Below are positions 50,472 through 62,788 of a DNA stretch of 64,000 nucleotides, one piece after another. The notes below the pieces were generated by a model that was not told the origin of the DNA, searched no databases, and was given only the letters and a program-made list of their open reading frames with translations. The stretch comes from an uncultured virus (IMG/VR IMGVR_UViG_3300031998_000016) (taxonomy: Duplodnaviria; Heunggongvirae; Uroviricota; Caudoviricetes). Location of the stretch: the IMG/VR virus record IMGVR_UViG_3300031998_000016; one strand, written 5' to 3'. Both the position numbers and the translations under genes were made by a program. Each line of letters opens with the position of its first letter. The first letter of the stretch is position 1.

Positions 50472-53400
50472 TTAATTCTGTTGTAAGATAGTAGGCGAAC
50501 CAATTGGTTTTGCTATTTCTACGATTTCTTGTTTAACACGTTCTATCATACTATCAACATCAACATCTGAGGATAATTTGTCGATATTAAGATTAATCTC
50601 TACCGCTACGTCTCCGCCGCGATTGTTGGTGATAGATTGTGAGAAGTTCTTGCCATCAAGCCAAGGAATATCAGCAAGGATTTTTGCGGCTTCACCGATT
50701 CTTGCTGTGTCTTCGGCTGAAAGGAAGGCTTCTGGTTTTGAGTAGGAACCATCTACCCAGGCCGGACCTGTGTAGTTTACAAGACCGCCGTCTGCATACT
50801 TTGATGCAAAAAGTGTTCCAGTTTTTGATGAAGCTTTTACAGCTAAACTTGCATAATTTAATATATCACTACCATGAACACCTAAACTATGAGCAAGCTG
50901 TGAGTATTCTGCCGGGAATTCTTCGTATAATTCTTTCATCATTTTCTCAGTAAAATATGTTCCTTTAGTATTTGTCTTCTCGAAGAGAGCCTGAGCAACC
51001 TGTGTTAATTGCCCCTTTGCCGTTCCCATATTTAATCCAGTAGTTAATAACTGTAAGAGTTCTTTTTTATCTTTTGAACCTAAGTTTGCTGTATTTAAAG
51101 GACCTATAGGTATATCACTAGAAACATTAAACTAATCACTTTCTGCATGACCAGGGGTAGTAGAACTTCCGCCCTATCCATCGCCGGCTCCAAGTTTACC
51201 AGCTAATTCATCAGCTTTTTCCGCACATTCAGCTAATTTTTCGTAAGCGTCTTGTAGTGCTTTATTAGCAGCATCAATAGCTTCTGCCGCTTTTTGCATA
51301 TCTTGTGTAAAGGCATCAGTTGTTTCATTAAACTGTCTAATAACTTCCTGTGTGAAAGCCTCTCCAGTCTAATTAACAATATTTGAAACTTCCTGTCCAG
51401 TTACTGTTGTCATTTCAACAATATAATCACCAGTTTCAGTTACTGCATCCATTGCTTGTAATGCCATGTATTCGGTAGCTTCTTCATAAGTATTAGCATA
51501 TTCTGCTAATTTTTCCTATTGCATAGCTAATGTCATGTCAGCATATTCCTTAGAAATAGAACTAATATACTGAGCATATTCTTCTGCATTATCAAAACTA
51601 TTTATCATAGATTCTGCTTTTGCGTTCCAATATGCTGTATTATCAACAATAGCTTCTTTAAGTTCCATTTCTTCATTACGAAGCTCTTCTTGTGATTCAT
51701 AAAGTTTTTCAAGATTGTCAACCACATTGTCAATAGCATCATTGAGCATTTCTTCTCTAGACTTTTCTACGTCTTTTTCAAGACTAGCAACTTCTTTAGC
51801 ATTTGCTCCTGATGTATCACGGCGCATAAGTGAAAGTTTCTTTTCTTGCTGTGCAAGTTCTTCCCATTTGTTTTCTTGTTCTCTTAATTTCTTTTGCTTA
51901 TCAATAGCATCTTTAAGAGCATCAAGGTAATCGTCATCTTGCTTCTTTAAATCATCATACTTAGATTTTTGGTCATTAACCTCATCTTCATACTGCTTCT
52001 TTAAAGCTTCTGCTAATTGCTTTTCAAGTGCGGTATATTTCTTTAAAGCATCTTCGCGTTCTTTCTGAATGTCCTTTTCTGCCTTTCTTACATTATCCTC
52101 AGATTTAAGTAATTCATCAGCATACTTGTTATATTCAGAAACTTGCTGTTCAATAAGGTCTTTAAACTTATCGCCAAAACGGGCTTCATTAAGAAGTCTT
52201 TGGTCAAGCATATATTTACCGGTTCTTGCATCTTTACGAGCGTAGTTACCAAAGTTAATATTAGTTGTTTCACCAGTTTGAGCATTAGTATAAGCATATG
52301 TGCCGTTTTCAATCATGTTACCATAATTGTTTAAGCCGGCCTTAATAGCTTCTTGCTTTGCCTTTTCTTCTGCGATAAGCTACTTTGTTGCCGCGCCATA
52401 CCTATTCATTGCATCAATAGCAGAGTCGATAGTGTTAGCATCTTCTACTATATCTTTCGCGCGAGAAAGTTCATCATTAAATGAACTTAATGCTTCGTTA
52501 TAGTTATAAAGATTATCAAGACTTGATTTACGATTCTCTGAACCATTTAATAAATCATTATATTCTTTAATCTTTTCATTAAGGTCTTTCTATTTTTCAG
52601 CAACATCTTCTTGCGCTTTAGCTAAGTCTTTTAAGGCTTTTTCATAGTTCTTAGCATTTTTCTCGGCATCAGTTTCGTCTTCCATAGTTGTGGCAAGGGC
52701 TTCATCTAAGTAAAGATAAGCACCCTCTGCATAGCCTTTCATGGCTTCAATAGTTGATTTTAAAGCTTCTATACCGGCTTCTTTCTGCTTAATATCTTCT
52801 TTTTCTGCTTCTGTAGTCGCCTAAGTAGCTTTCATTATTAAGAGCTAATTTTCAGCTACAGATAAATCAGTTTCCATCTTAGCAATTTCTACAGCAATTT
52901 GGTCTTTATAAGCCTATGTTAAATCATTAACATCTTTGATTGAACGAGTGTTATAATCTAAGAAATCATTAGGGTCAAGACCAATTTCACGGAGATTCTT
53001 ACTTATGCTTGTAAAATTATTAGGAGTTAAGAAACCTTTTTTATGGAATTCTGTAAGTGCATTTGTGATACCAGAGAATGATTCAGAAATGCTATTAATA
53101 GCATTTTCTGCATCTTCTTGCATTTGGTCAACACCGGCTTCACTAGCTACGCCCATACCATTCATAATACCATAACTTATGCCGCGTTCCATTTCAGTTT
53201 GCCAAATATCAGCAGCCTATTCCGCAGCATTTTCAATAGAAGGGTTTGCTTCCTTTAAGGCATCTGCCATACCTTCTATTGTTTTTTGCTTGGTCTTCGC
53301 ATAATTTGAAGAACTTAATTGTGTTAAATCTATTGAAGTTAGTATGTCCTGAATCTTAGAACTATAGCCAGTATTTTGTATTTGACGGAAGTAACTTGTT

Positions 53401-56400
53401 GCTTTTTCAGAACCAATTGTTTCGCTTACTCTTTGGTATCTGTTATAAACACCCTATAACTCTTCGTAAGATGCATCAAGAGGAACTAATAAACCACTTT
53501 CTAATATTTTATTTTCAAGCTCTTTGGTTTTGTTTTGAACGATTTCAAGTGTTGCGCTCTTTACTGAGTCAGGTAACTTTTCACTTTCTTTTTCAAGTTG
53601 CTCTTTAGTATAGGTTACCCATTCTTCGTCAAACTTTTTAAAACTTTCTATTTCACTTTCTGCAAGGGATTCATAAGTATCTAAATAAGCGTCAATAGCA
53701 TCAGAATTTTTTAACCACTGTTCAATTTCAACATCCTTTTCTTCCCAGTTATCTTTGGTTAATTCAAGAGTTTTAACCATTTCTGGGTAAAGATTTTTTA
53801 TAGTATCAAAATCCCAGCCTTCTACTGAATATTCTTTTTCTGTAATTTCAGTAGCCTGCTAAATGGCCTAAGCCATAAGCATGGAATCATTCATTAATGG
53901 TGCTAATTTTGAAACTTGTGTTGCATCATACTGTGAGTTAAATTTTTCAATTTCCGTTTGTAAACCAGTATTATAAATCTTTAACGCATTTTCATATTGT
54001 GTTTTAAGTTCGCCGCTAAAATAATCAGCACTGGATAAAGCCTATGCAAGTGTTACGTCTCCACCGGCTTCTTCCATTATAGCCTTCATTAGGTTTAAAT
54101 AGTAATCTGGTAATTCTGAGTTTTTAACCACATCTTTTAAACGAGTAGTGTTATTAATACCAGCTTCTTTAGCAACCGTAGACATTTTGTTGAAATCGGT
54201 ATCATCTGGATTTGCTATTAACTTTCCTTTTGCATCAAGTTCTGACATGGCTGTTATATATGCAGATTTCTTAGCATTTTTTGCCTAAATATCTGCTTTT
54301 TCAATTATGTCATCCCACAAATCATTTTGAATTCTTAATTCACCAGTTATTTCATTATAGTATTCTACTATTTCAGGGAATTTAGTTCTTATTGTTTCTA
54401 TTAATTTATTATATTCTTCTTGTTCTTCTTCTGTCTTAATAACTACGCCATTAAGCTCCTAATATCTTTTCTTTACTTCTTCAACATTATCGGCTTCTTC
54501 TTGTGCATTTTTAGCTTCATCTGATTTTGTCTAAGCAAGTTCTTCTAATTCCTCTGCCGCTTCTCTAGTTCTTTCGAGCTTCTTTTCTACAGAATTAAAT
54601 TGTTGATTCTTTACCAGGTGTGCAATTCCCCATCCAGCAAAAGCTAATGCTGCGGAAATTGCTCCAACTAATACAGATAAACCTGCTGAACCTACTGCCG
54701 CACCTTCTGCAAGCGCTGCTCCCATTTCCTCGCCTGTAACAAATAGCTAAGGAATTAACGGAATTAAAGAAGTGAGTAACATGATGCCGGCATTTCTAAA
54801 GGCTGTTTCAGCATCCGTTATTCCACTTACAACACTAGTAAATGCCATACCTAAAGTTGATAGTGGCATAGCTAAACTTGACACAAGTTGCTTGCCTGTT
54901 ATTTTAAGTCCCTAAGCTCCAACATGAAGAGTTTGTTCTATTCTACCAACTTCATTATTTAATTTTTTTACTCTATCTTCAGCAGCTGTAGCTACAATAA
55001 CATTTTTCCTAAGAGCTTCCGCAAACTCTTCGTCTGATAAGGTAGCTAAACCTAATTTATCTTTTAACTAGTTAACCCATGAAGTAAAGCCCTAAGTGGT
55101 CTAACCAGCCGCGACCATTGTATTGTAATAGTCTATTAAAGAATGAAGAGCATTATCTGAATAAACATTAAGTTCTTTAAAACCCTCTGCATACTACCTA
55201 ATAAACAAATCTCCATTTGCCGGAGCATTTGTACCAATAGTCATTGTCTACAAAGCATCAGAAATTGTTAATCTTATTTTTTGTTTAACATTTTCTAGGT
55301 CTCTTGTAATGGCTCCCATCGGGAGTTTTATAGGAATAGTTAATGGTTTCTGTTCAAGTAACTTTGATGCCGCGCCAATACCATCTGTAAGCTATTTTGT
55401 AAATAACTTAACGAAACCAACGGTACTTACAATACCAGTACCCAGTGTTGCAAGTGTTTCTTTAAGATTTAAAGAAGACAGTCTTTCTAGAATATGTGTT
55501 AAATGGTCAAGTAGGCCTTTCCAAAGCTCATTATCAATAATTGAAACTTTAAATTCTTCCCATAAAGTTTTTATCTTATTTATTCTATATTCAACTGTGT
55601 CTGAATATTTACTGAACTGCTGATTGGCTTTGCCGGCTGAATTTGCGGCGGTATCCATAAGTTCTACAGTTCTGTCATAACCTTCCATAAGAGCAAGGAA
55701 ACGAGACTGCTGTCTTGAGCCGGCCGCAATTGTAGCAATATAACGCTGAGTATTACGGTCTAATGATGACCATTTACCAGATAATTCAAGTAATACTTCA
55801 TCAAGATTTCTAAACTGTAAATTTTCATCCTTAAGCTAAATGCCTACAGATTTTAACGCTTTATCAATCTTGTTAAGGTCTATACTCTCTACGTCACCTT
55901 CTACATCAGAAACATTATTCTTTAATTCACCAAATCTCGCGATAATAGTTTTTAAAGATGTACCGATGTTTTCTGCACCTTCCTGAGTGGTTTCAAGCAT
56001 ATGAGTAAGGAATACGGCTGTATTTTCAAAACTCATACCAGCAGAGTTTGCGATAGCTGCAGTTCTTTCCATAGCTGCCGCAATTTCATCAACGGTTGCA
56101 GCTGCGTGAGCGGCAAGTTCTGAATAAACGTCAGTAATGTGTGAACCTTCATTCATTTCCATATTGAAACCATGAAGTGTAGATGTCATTTCTTTTGTGG
56201 CTGTACTAAAGTCACTACCTGCTAATGTAGCAAGTTTCATAGTATCTGTTGTTAACTATAAAGCTTCATTAGTATCAAGACCTTGCTGATAGAAAAGAGC
56301 TGATGCCTGGATAACGTCTGTAGTAGACTGACCTAATCTTTCGGCCATGTTAGCATACTATTCATAAGAACTCCACATCTGCTTAACAGATTTATCAGTA

Positions 56401-57680
56401 ACCATGGCGATAGAACCGAAGGCTTTATCTATGTTCTAAATGTCAGTAAATGTTTTCTTAACTTCTTGTCTTATTCTTAACCAAATAGTTTGGAAACTAA
56501 AGATATAAAGTAATTTTTGTCTTAGTCCCTCAATGGCAACACTAGCCTTATTGGCGCCGGTAGCCATAGTCTATTGGGTTTCGGCCATGGCATTAAATTT
56601 TGCACGACCCTCATCAACCTCATTATCTAAGTTGTCTAATATTATATCCTGTTGTGCTAATACTTTATTAATACGTTCTTCTTTACCTAAAGTACCTGGC
56701 AATATACGGTCTAATTGTGCATAAGATGCAGCTATGTTTTTTAATTGACCCTCAACCTATCTCATATATGCTGCACTAACTTTCCATGTACCAGATTCTT
56801 TATCTTCTGTACCAATTAATCGAGCATTCGCTTTAGCTTCTTTTCTTTCACCAACGAGAGCCTTACCTTCTGCAGTAAGGTCTTTAATTTTTTTCATTTC
56901 CTCAATAGCTGCCGCTAAATTATCATAGAACTATTTCGCACCAGTATTTGCTACGTTTAACGCGTTACCAAGACCATTTTCTGCAATATATTTATTAAGA
57001 CTTTTCCATGCGCCTTCAACAGTCTTTGCTGTGAAAATAATCTCTTTTGCTCTTTGTAAAATAGCTGCTCTATTACCAGCATCTCTACCGCCGCCTGATA
57101 AGATATTCATAGATTTTCCGGCGGCATCAACGCCCTAATCTGTTATCATATTTAAAGCATTATTTTTAACAGTTTCTTTTTGGTTCTTTATAGCTTCTTC
57201 TCTAGCTTTAATATTATTTAATATATTAACCCTAGTCTGTAATTCTGCATTAATTTCTTTGTTTATAGCAGATTGTTTATCTGAAGCTACAAGAATGTTT
57301 TTCATTACTTTATCAATATTCTAAAAACCAGCACTACTAAAAACGCTATTTAAACCAGCTAACGCCACCTTAGTTTTTCCACTTAAATCCTTAACATCAA
57401 CTCTTAAGTTTTTAAACTGTCTATCAAGGTCTTTAAAATTTAATATAAGGGCATTAACATCCTATTGATATTTATCAATGTCTTTACCAGTGGTAAAACC
57501 TTTTGTACCTTGCTGTTTTAATTTAGCATACTGTTTTTCTAATCTTTCTAAACTTTTATTTATAGGAGATAACGCATCGGAACTATAACCAGCAGCCTCC
57601 ATCTCTTTTAATGCCTTTTTATAGCTAGAGACAAGACTGGTAGTATCGAGGTCTACACTATAAACTGTTTTATTTCCCAT
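50472..57680 (-). CDS. Tail tape measure protein, 2402 aa (at least 30 TAG)
   Basis: Nine supplied ORFs lie in one frame. TP901-like core (IAMVT...LFYQQG...MKLATLAG...ENIGTSLKTIIARF), hydrophobic mid-segment, coiled coils, C-terminal YADGGLVNYTGPAWVDG...PEAFL. 34 in-frame TAGs counted by hand; not every gap was checked for TAA/TGA. Confidence 0.85.
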
Positions 57681-57696
57681 TTAATCACTCTCCTTT

Positions 57697-59697
57697 TTAT
57701 AAAGCTTTTTGAATTAATATTTCAAGCTTATCTTTAATATTTATTTGTAAACCACTAAAGAAAAGTTTGAGACTATCTCTCCATATTTCAGGCACTTCGC
57801 CCGGAACAACTTTGCCTTGTTCATTAAGATAAGGCGCTAATTTATCTGCTATTTCTTCTACACTTTTTGGATTACCAAACATATCTAAGAATGCATCATC
57901 CCAAGTGCCTAATAAATAATCTTCATCTGTATTTCTATGCATCTATCTTCTCCTGTATGGAGTATATCCGAAAGCAAATTCTCCATTCATACTTCCCAAA
58001 TCTGTTTTATTTTTTAGTGATTGATAGAAAGACTAAAAAATAGCAGAAGAAGGAATAAAATTAAAGTTGACAACATAAAAATTGTTTCTAAGTTCTTTGT
58101 ATTCGTCTAACTGGTCTGCCTATCCATAACGTAAAAAATTAGGTTTGGCACGCTGTAGTTCCAACTAAATACTTGGCATTAAACCCTCGCCGAAGGCAAA
58201 GGTCTTGTCCACATAGTTATATTGACGATATAACCATAATCTATTTAATGTTTCGACAAGTCTATCATATATTGAATCAGTAAAGTATCTTGAAGCAGTC
58301 TTTTGGTTATAAATATTAAAACAAAAATCATACATTAGAATACCCTAACCAAAAGTAGAACCAGACTTAATCTGAAAACCTAAACCATTTAATTTACCTT
58401 TTTCTTCCTGATACATTGCAATATCAATAGCGTTTTGACCGCTACCTGTACTTTTTTGTCCAAGCACTTCGACGATGTATTCCATATTATATTCCGTATT
58501 CATGGAGTTTAAAAACAATGCCATTAATATTTCTCCCATAGTACCAGATGTTGCGGATAAAGTAGTTGTTTTAAACAACTCTTTGAGTAAATGCGGGTCA
58601 TTTTCCATTAGCTATTTTAACCTACCCTAATGTTGCATAATCATAGATTCATTAATTATTACCCCATCATCTTTTGGTTTATTTGTTATAATTGCATCTG
58701 CTACTACCCTTAAAAAAATTTCTGCTACCTTATTGTAGTCTATTTTTTTAGAGTTGGCGGTAATTCCTGCCGCACGAAGCTAAACAACAAATTCAGACCC
58801 TTTAAATTTAGAGCCTAACTATTCACCGTCTTTTAACTATAATGCACTATATTTTGGATTCTATAGCACGCTACTAATCCCCAAATGTAAATTTTTTAAC
58901 ATAGTTTCTTGGTCTAAATTTAGCTGTACAAAATCTAAATCTTCATTCGGAAGATTTAGTGTAACTTTAAAGGCTTCTGCTACATATTCACTACCAACCT
59001 TTACCATTTTTATCTTATGTTTAACTTTCTCTAAGCCCCCATCCCTCACTACGCTAAAAATTTTTACATTATTTTTTTTCTCTCTTTGTACTTTTCCATC
59101 GGGGCCTTTTACTTTTTTATATATGGTATATGAACCATTGAGCATACCACGCATTATTACATCAGATAAATCGGCTAGCATACTTTCTTTTAATGCACCG
59201 CCTTTTCCGTCATCTAAGCCCTCCATACCTTTTCTAAAACGCCTGTAAATTTCTTCACCCATCTTTTTCATTACTATTTCTAAGCTACGCAAATTTACAT
59301 TGCCATTACGGTCTAAAAATTCACCTTGCCATTTATTAGTTTGAAGCTCCGGAGTGGAAGCTATAACAGTTTTTCTCAAATCCTTCAGACCCTATTCACC
59401 GGTTAACTAGCCAATAACATCTGAATTATTAAAACGTTTTATAATAGAATTTCTAACCTAGAAATAATATAAATATTGTAACCACTCATAATTTGTACCA
59501 AAAACAGCTCTTTTTAAAGCTAATTGATAAGTTTTAAAACCATCTTCTGTTAAAAGCAAACTATATAAATGTTCAGGTGTATCTATTGGATATTCAGCTT
59601 TACTATATAGTTGCTATTCTTTGCGGAAAGACTGCTCTGATAACTCTTTAAAACAGCTTTCTAAATCTACAGCTAAATCTGCCTAAGTTAATTTCAT
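57697..59697 (-). CDS. Hypothetical protein, 666 aa (at least 16 TAG), possible PD-(D/E)XK-like motif
   Basis: ATG 59697 overlaps the upstream TGA (ATGA), RBS AGGTG. Three supplied ORFs in frame. GE...IDI...GFQIK. Confidence 0.65.
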
Positions 59698-60593
59698 ATA
59701 TAATCACCTGATATTTCATTATTTAAAAAAGTAACATTAAATATTCTTTCATCGAATCTATCTTCAGCCGGGAAACCAACAAAGTTAAAATCACTTACAA
59801 CAGAGGTGTTATATGATGTTCCAAGCTTCATTGCTAAGTTTGAACGTATTTTAATCCGAGGAATTTCAAGTATAGCTGTAGTTGGCTAGCCAGTAATATA
59901 ATCCTTAACAGTCATCTTACCAGTTAATCGTAAGAAGTCCTTAAATAATCTATTACCAACTTCTAACTCAATAATCTTATCTGTATAATCAAAGGTATAG
60001 TCAACAACCACCTTTTTATGTTCCGCCATAAAGATTATTGTATTGCCGCAAATTTCAAAGTTTTTAATGCGTTTACCAGTCTCCCCATCATAGCAGAATA
60101 TGTATTTATCTGATTGCGGTGCAAGTGGTTTAAGTGGTATCCAAGGTTTACGACCCATTGGCATAGGTTCATTTTCCGGATTACCCTGTAAGCCTACTGG
60201 TCCATCAACGGCATTTGGTAAAAACTTTAAAAGACAAAAATAATTGTCTCCGTCTTCAACGACAGGGACTTCTTCCTTATACCCCACACTCTTTACAGTA
60301 GGTCTACCTATTTTAGAATCGCTTAATACACTCCAAGACGTTGCTGAGAGTATTCCGTTTGATATTGCGAAGTTTGCTTGTGTATCAGTTACCCAGTCCA
60401 TTAACATATGATTATGATAACCGCCGCGGGCTTCTCTGATGTCTTTTTGTTCAGAAACCTGAGCTATATCAGCTCTTTCAAAATTGAGAATAGCTTCATT
60501 GATGTCATAGTGTTGACTACCAATAGTAATTTCCTCGTTTAATCTAAGACTGACATCATACAGTTCCTTAATTCCAACAAGATTATCTTCCAT
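59694..60593 (-). CDS. Tail-tube-like structural paralogue, 299 aa (1 TAG)
   Basis: GIKELYDVSL, ARGGYHN..LMDW, TG[Q]PTTAILEIPRIKI; same motif skeleton as the upstream genes. Confidence 0.65.
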
Positions 60594-60638
60594 AATATCA
60601 CCTCCTTTTTAATATTGTAGCTGAAACTGTTCACAAAT

Positions 60639-60669
60639 AAAAAAAGAAGTGGGCGATTAAGCCCACTTC
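60639..60669 (-). terminator. Intrinsic terminator
   Basis: Minus strand GAAGTGGGC-TTAATC-GCCCACTTC-TTTTTTT. Confidence 0.8.
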
Positions 60670-60673
60670 GTTA

Positions 60674-62788
60674 TTAATACATTTCTTCATTTGCGGCAAC
60701 TACCTCTTCTTTGGTTTTAAGAATTGGTGTCCGAGCATATCGTTTGCTCTGAGGAATAATTCTTTCGCCGCCATTTCTTTCATCTTTTTCTGTGTTGTAG
60801 AATATTAATTCAACAGCATCTTTATTTTCATCTATCGGGTCAAGAATACCAACATCAAACGAGAATGTTGCTGGCTCACCCTTTCCGCTTAGGTTTAATG
60901 TAGTTGATGAAGAAATTGTTGCTCTATTTATTACAATTTGACAAGGCTGGTCTTTACCGGTTGCCTGGTCTTTAACCATTGTGTCACCAACAATAAGATA
61001 TTCGCCTTTGAAAGTATCGTAGTTAATTGGGATGTTAATGCCTAAGAATGAGATGTCGTTATCATCAGTATCTACCACTCTTTCCTTTTTCCAGTAGCAC
61101 GTACCATATTTAAGTGTGATATAATCGCGTTTAGTAATAAGGAATAGAGCAATTGCGGCATCTTCATCTATCTTCGTGATTATAATATCATTTGGAGTTA
61201 ATGAAGAAACCCATTCTGAAGCTTCTTGTCCATAAAGGCGTAATAAATAATCTTGAATAGCATCTAAGAACTTATTCTTTTTCGCGGCAAGAAAATCTTG
61301 CATAGTATCATATCTATTCATAAGGGTTATACCTTTTTGCTCAGTTATATCTTCTGTTAAGAAAGTGGATTGTGCAAAAGGCATCATAGTTTTGGCATCA
61401 TAATAAACTATGTAATTATCCTTTTCATCTTTATACATTTTCTTTATGTTTGAGAACTATTCTACCAAATCTATTTTAAGACCATGAGGGTCGGTAACTG
61501 TACATTTTGTATAGCGGTCAATTTGTTTAACTTCCTTTAAGGAGTTCTACTGATAACCGTAATCTTTTATTTCATTGATTTCATCAGAGATAAGGTTTAT
61601 AATTTGTTGTGGCATTGCTAGACATTGCTTTTTCTAAGTCTAGAACCAACAATATGGATTAGAATAGTCCTATTTATTAAGTCCATATGTGGTGTACTAA
61701 CTAAATATTGTATCTAATTCTGATTTAGAGAGTAAGAACCATAAAATATTATCTAAAAATTCTTTATTGCCTATTACTAATTCAGTAGAGTGACTTTCCA
61801 TAAAGCTGCCTGGAAATATCTAATAGAATATTTCGGCACTAGTATTTTCAGATGATAATGCTCTAGCTCCCTTAAAACCAGGCTCTGGCTCAGAACCACT
61901 GCCTATCACAATTCCAGCCATCTTAGCAACAATACCCTTATAACTATGAAGAAGTACAGTACAAAAACTACAATATAATTCTTTAGTTTCCTTATCTTCT
62001 TCTGAATAATACCTTATTCTGCAACCACAATTATAATCAAGAGTATCATTTAAGTGTGATTCAGTAATAAATTGGTATATTTTATAAGTATTATCAGTAT
62101 TTAAATAAATAGCCACACCCTAAGCATCTTTACTTATATCTACATAAGGTGCCAAATTCTAAGAGAATGGAGTCTTTTGAGTACGGTGTAAATAACCTTG
62201 TTTTAATAACCATCTGTTTTCTGCTACAAGACCATTATCTTGGTCATCCTAATCATATAGGTATTTAGCGGTATGGTCATGGTATTCATCAACACCTCTT
62301 TTAATTACACCGCCATTATAAATTTCTTGTGGTATCATATCCCCAGTTCTTGGATTAAAACCAGCTTTCTACGCGCATCTAAAAACTATCTCCCACTCTT
62401 CATCAGTTAATTCCGGTGATGGGTAAGCTTTTGTAGAATATGAATTACGGCCATATTTATTTGCCACACTTAACTTAGCAATAGCAGATGTCCAAGGTGA
62501 CATTTTCTGTGCTAACTGTCCTGCCGCAAGCATACTTAGAGAAGCCTGTGTAAATAAAGCATCTTCTGCCTTTAACTTAATATCTTTTGTATAAGACCAC
62601 GAAATGGTCTTTCTATTACCTATACCACCATAGTGTTCAGATGTACCTACATTCTTTGAAAAATTAGTTAACTTCAAAGAATCAAGATATAGGACTGGGA
62701 GATAAAACTCCTCAGTCCCAATCCTGTTTATTGAGTATAAAGTAACGTCAGCTACATCTCTTATTCCTTTTTCAGCAAAAATATTCAT
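60674..62788 (-). CDS. Tail-tube-like structural paralogue with large insertion, 704 aa (multiple TAG)
   Basis: GIRDVADVTLY, PVLYLDSLK, GGIGN..ISW, EDALF; C-terminal YLIVGDT...TGKD...GEPATF. Three supplied ORFs in frame; ends TAA TAA. Confidence 0.7.
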
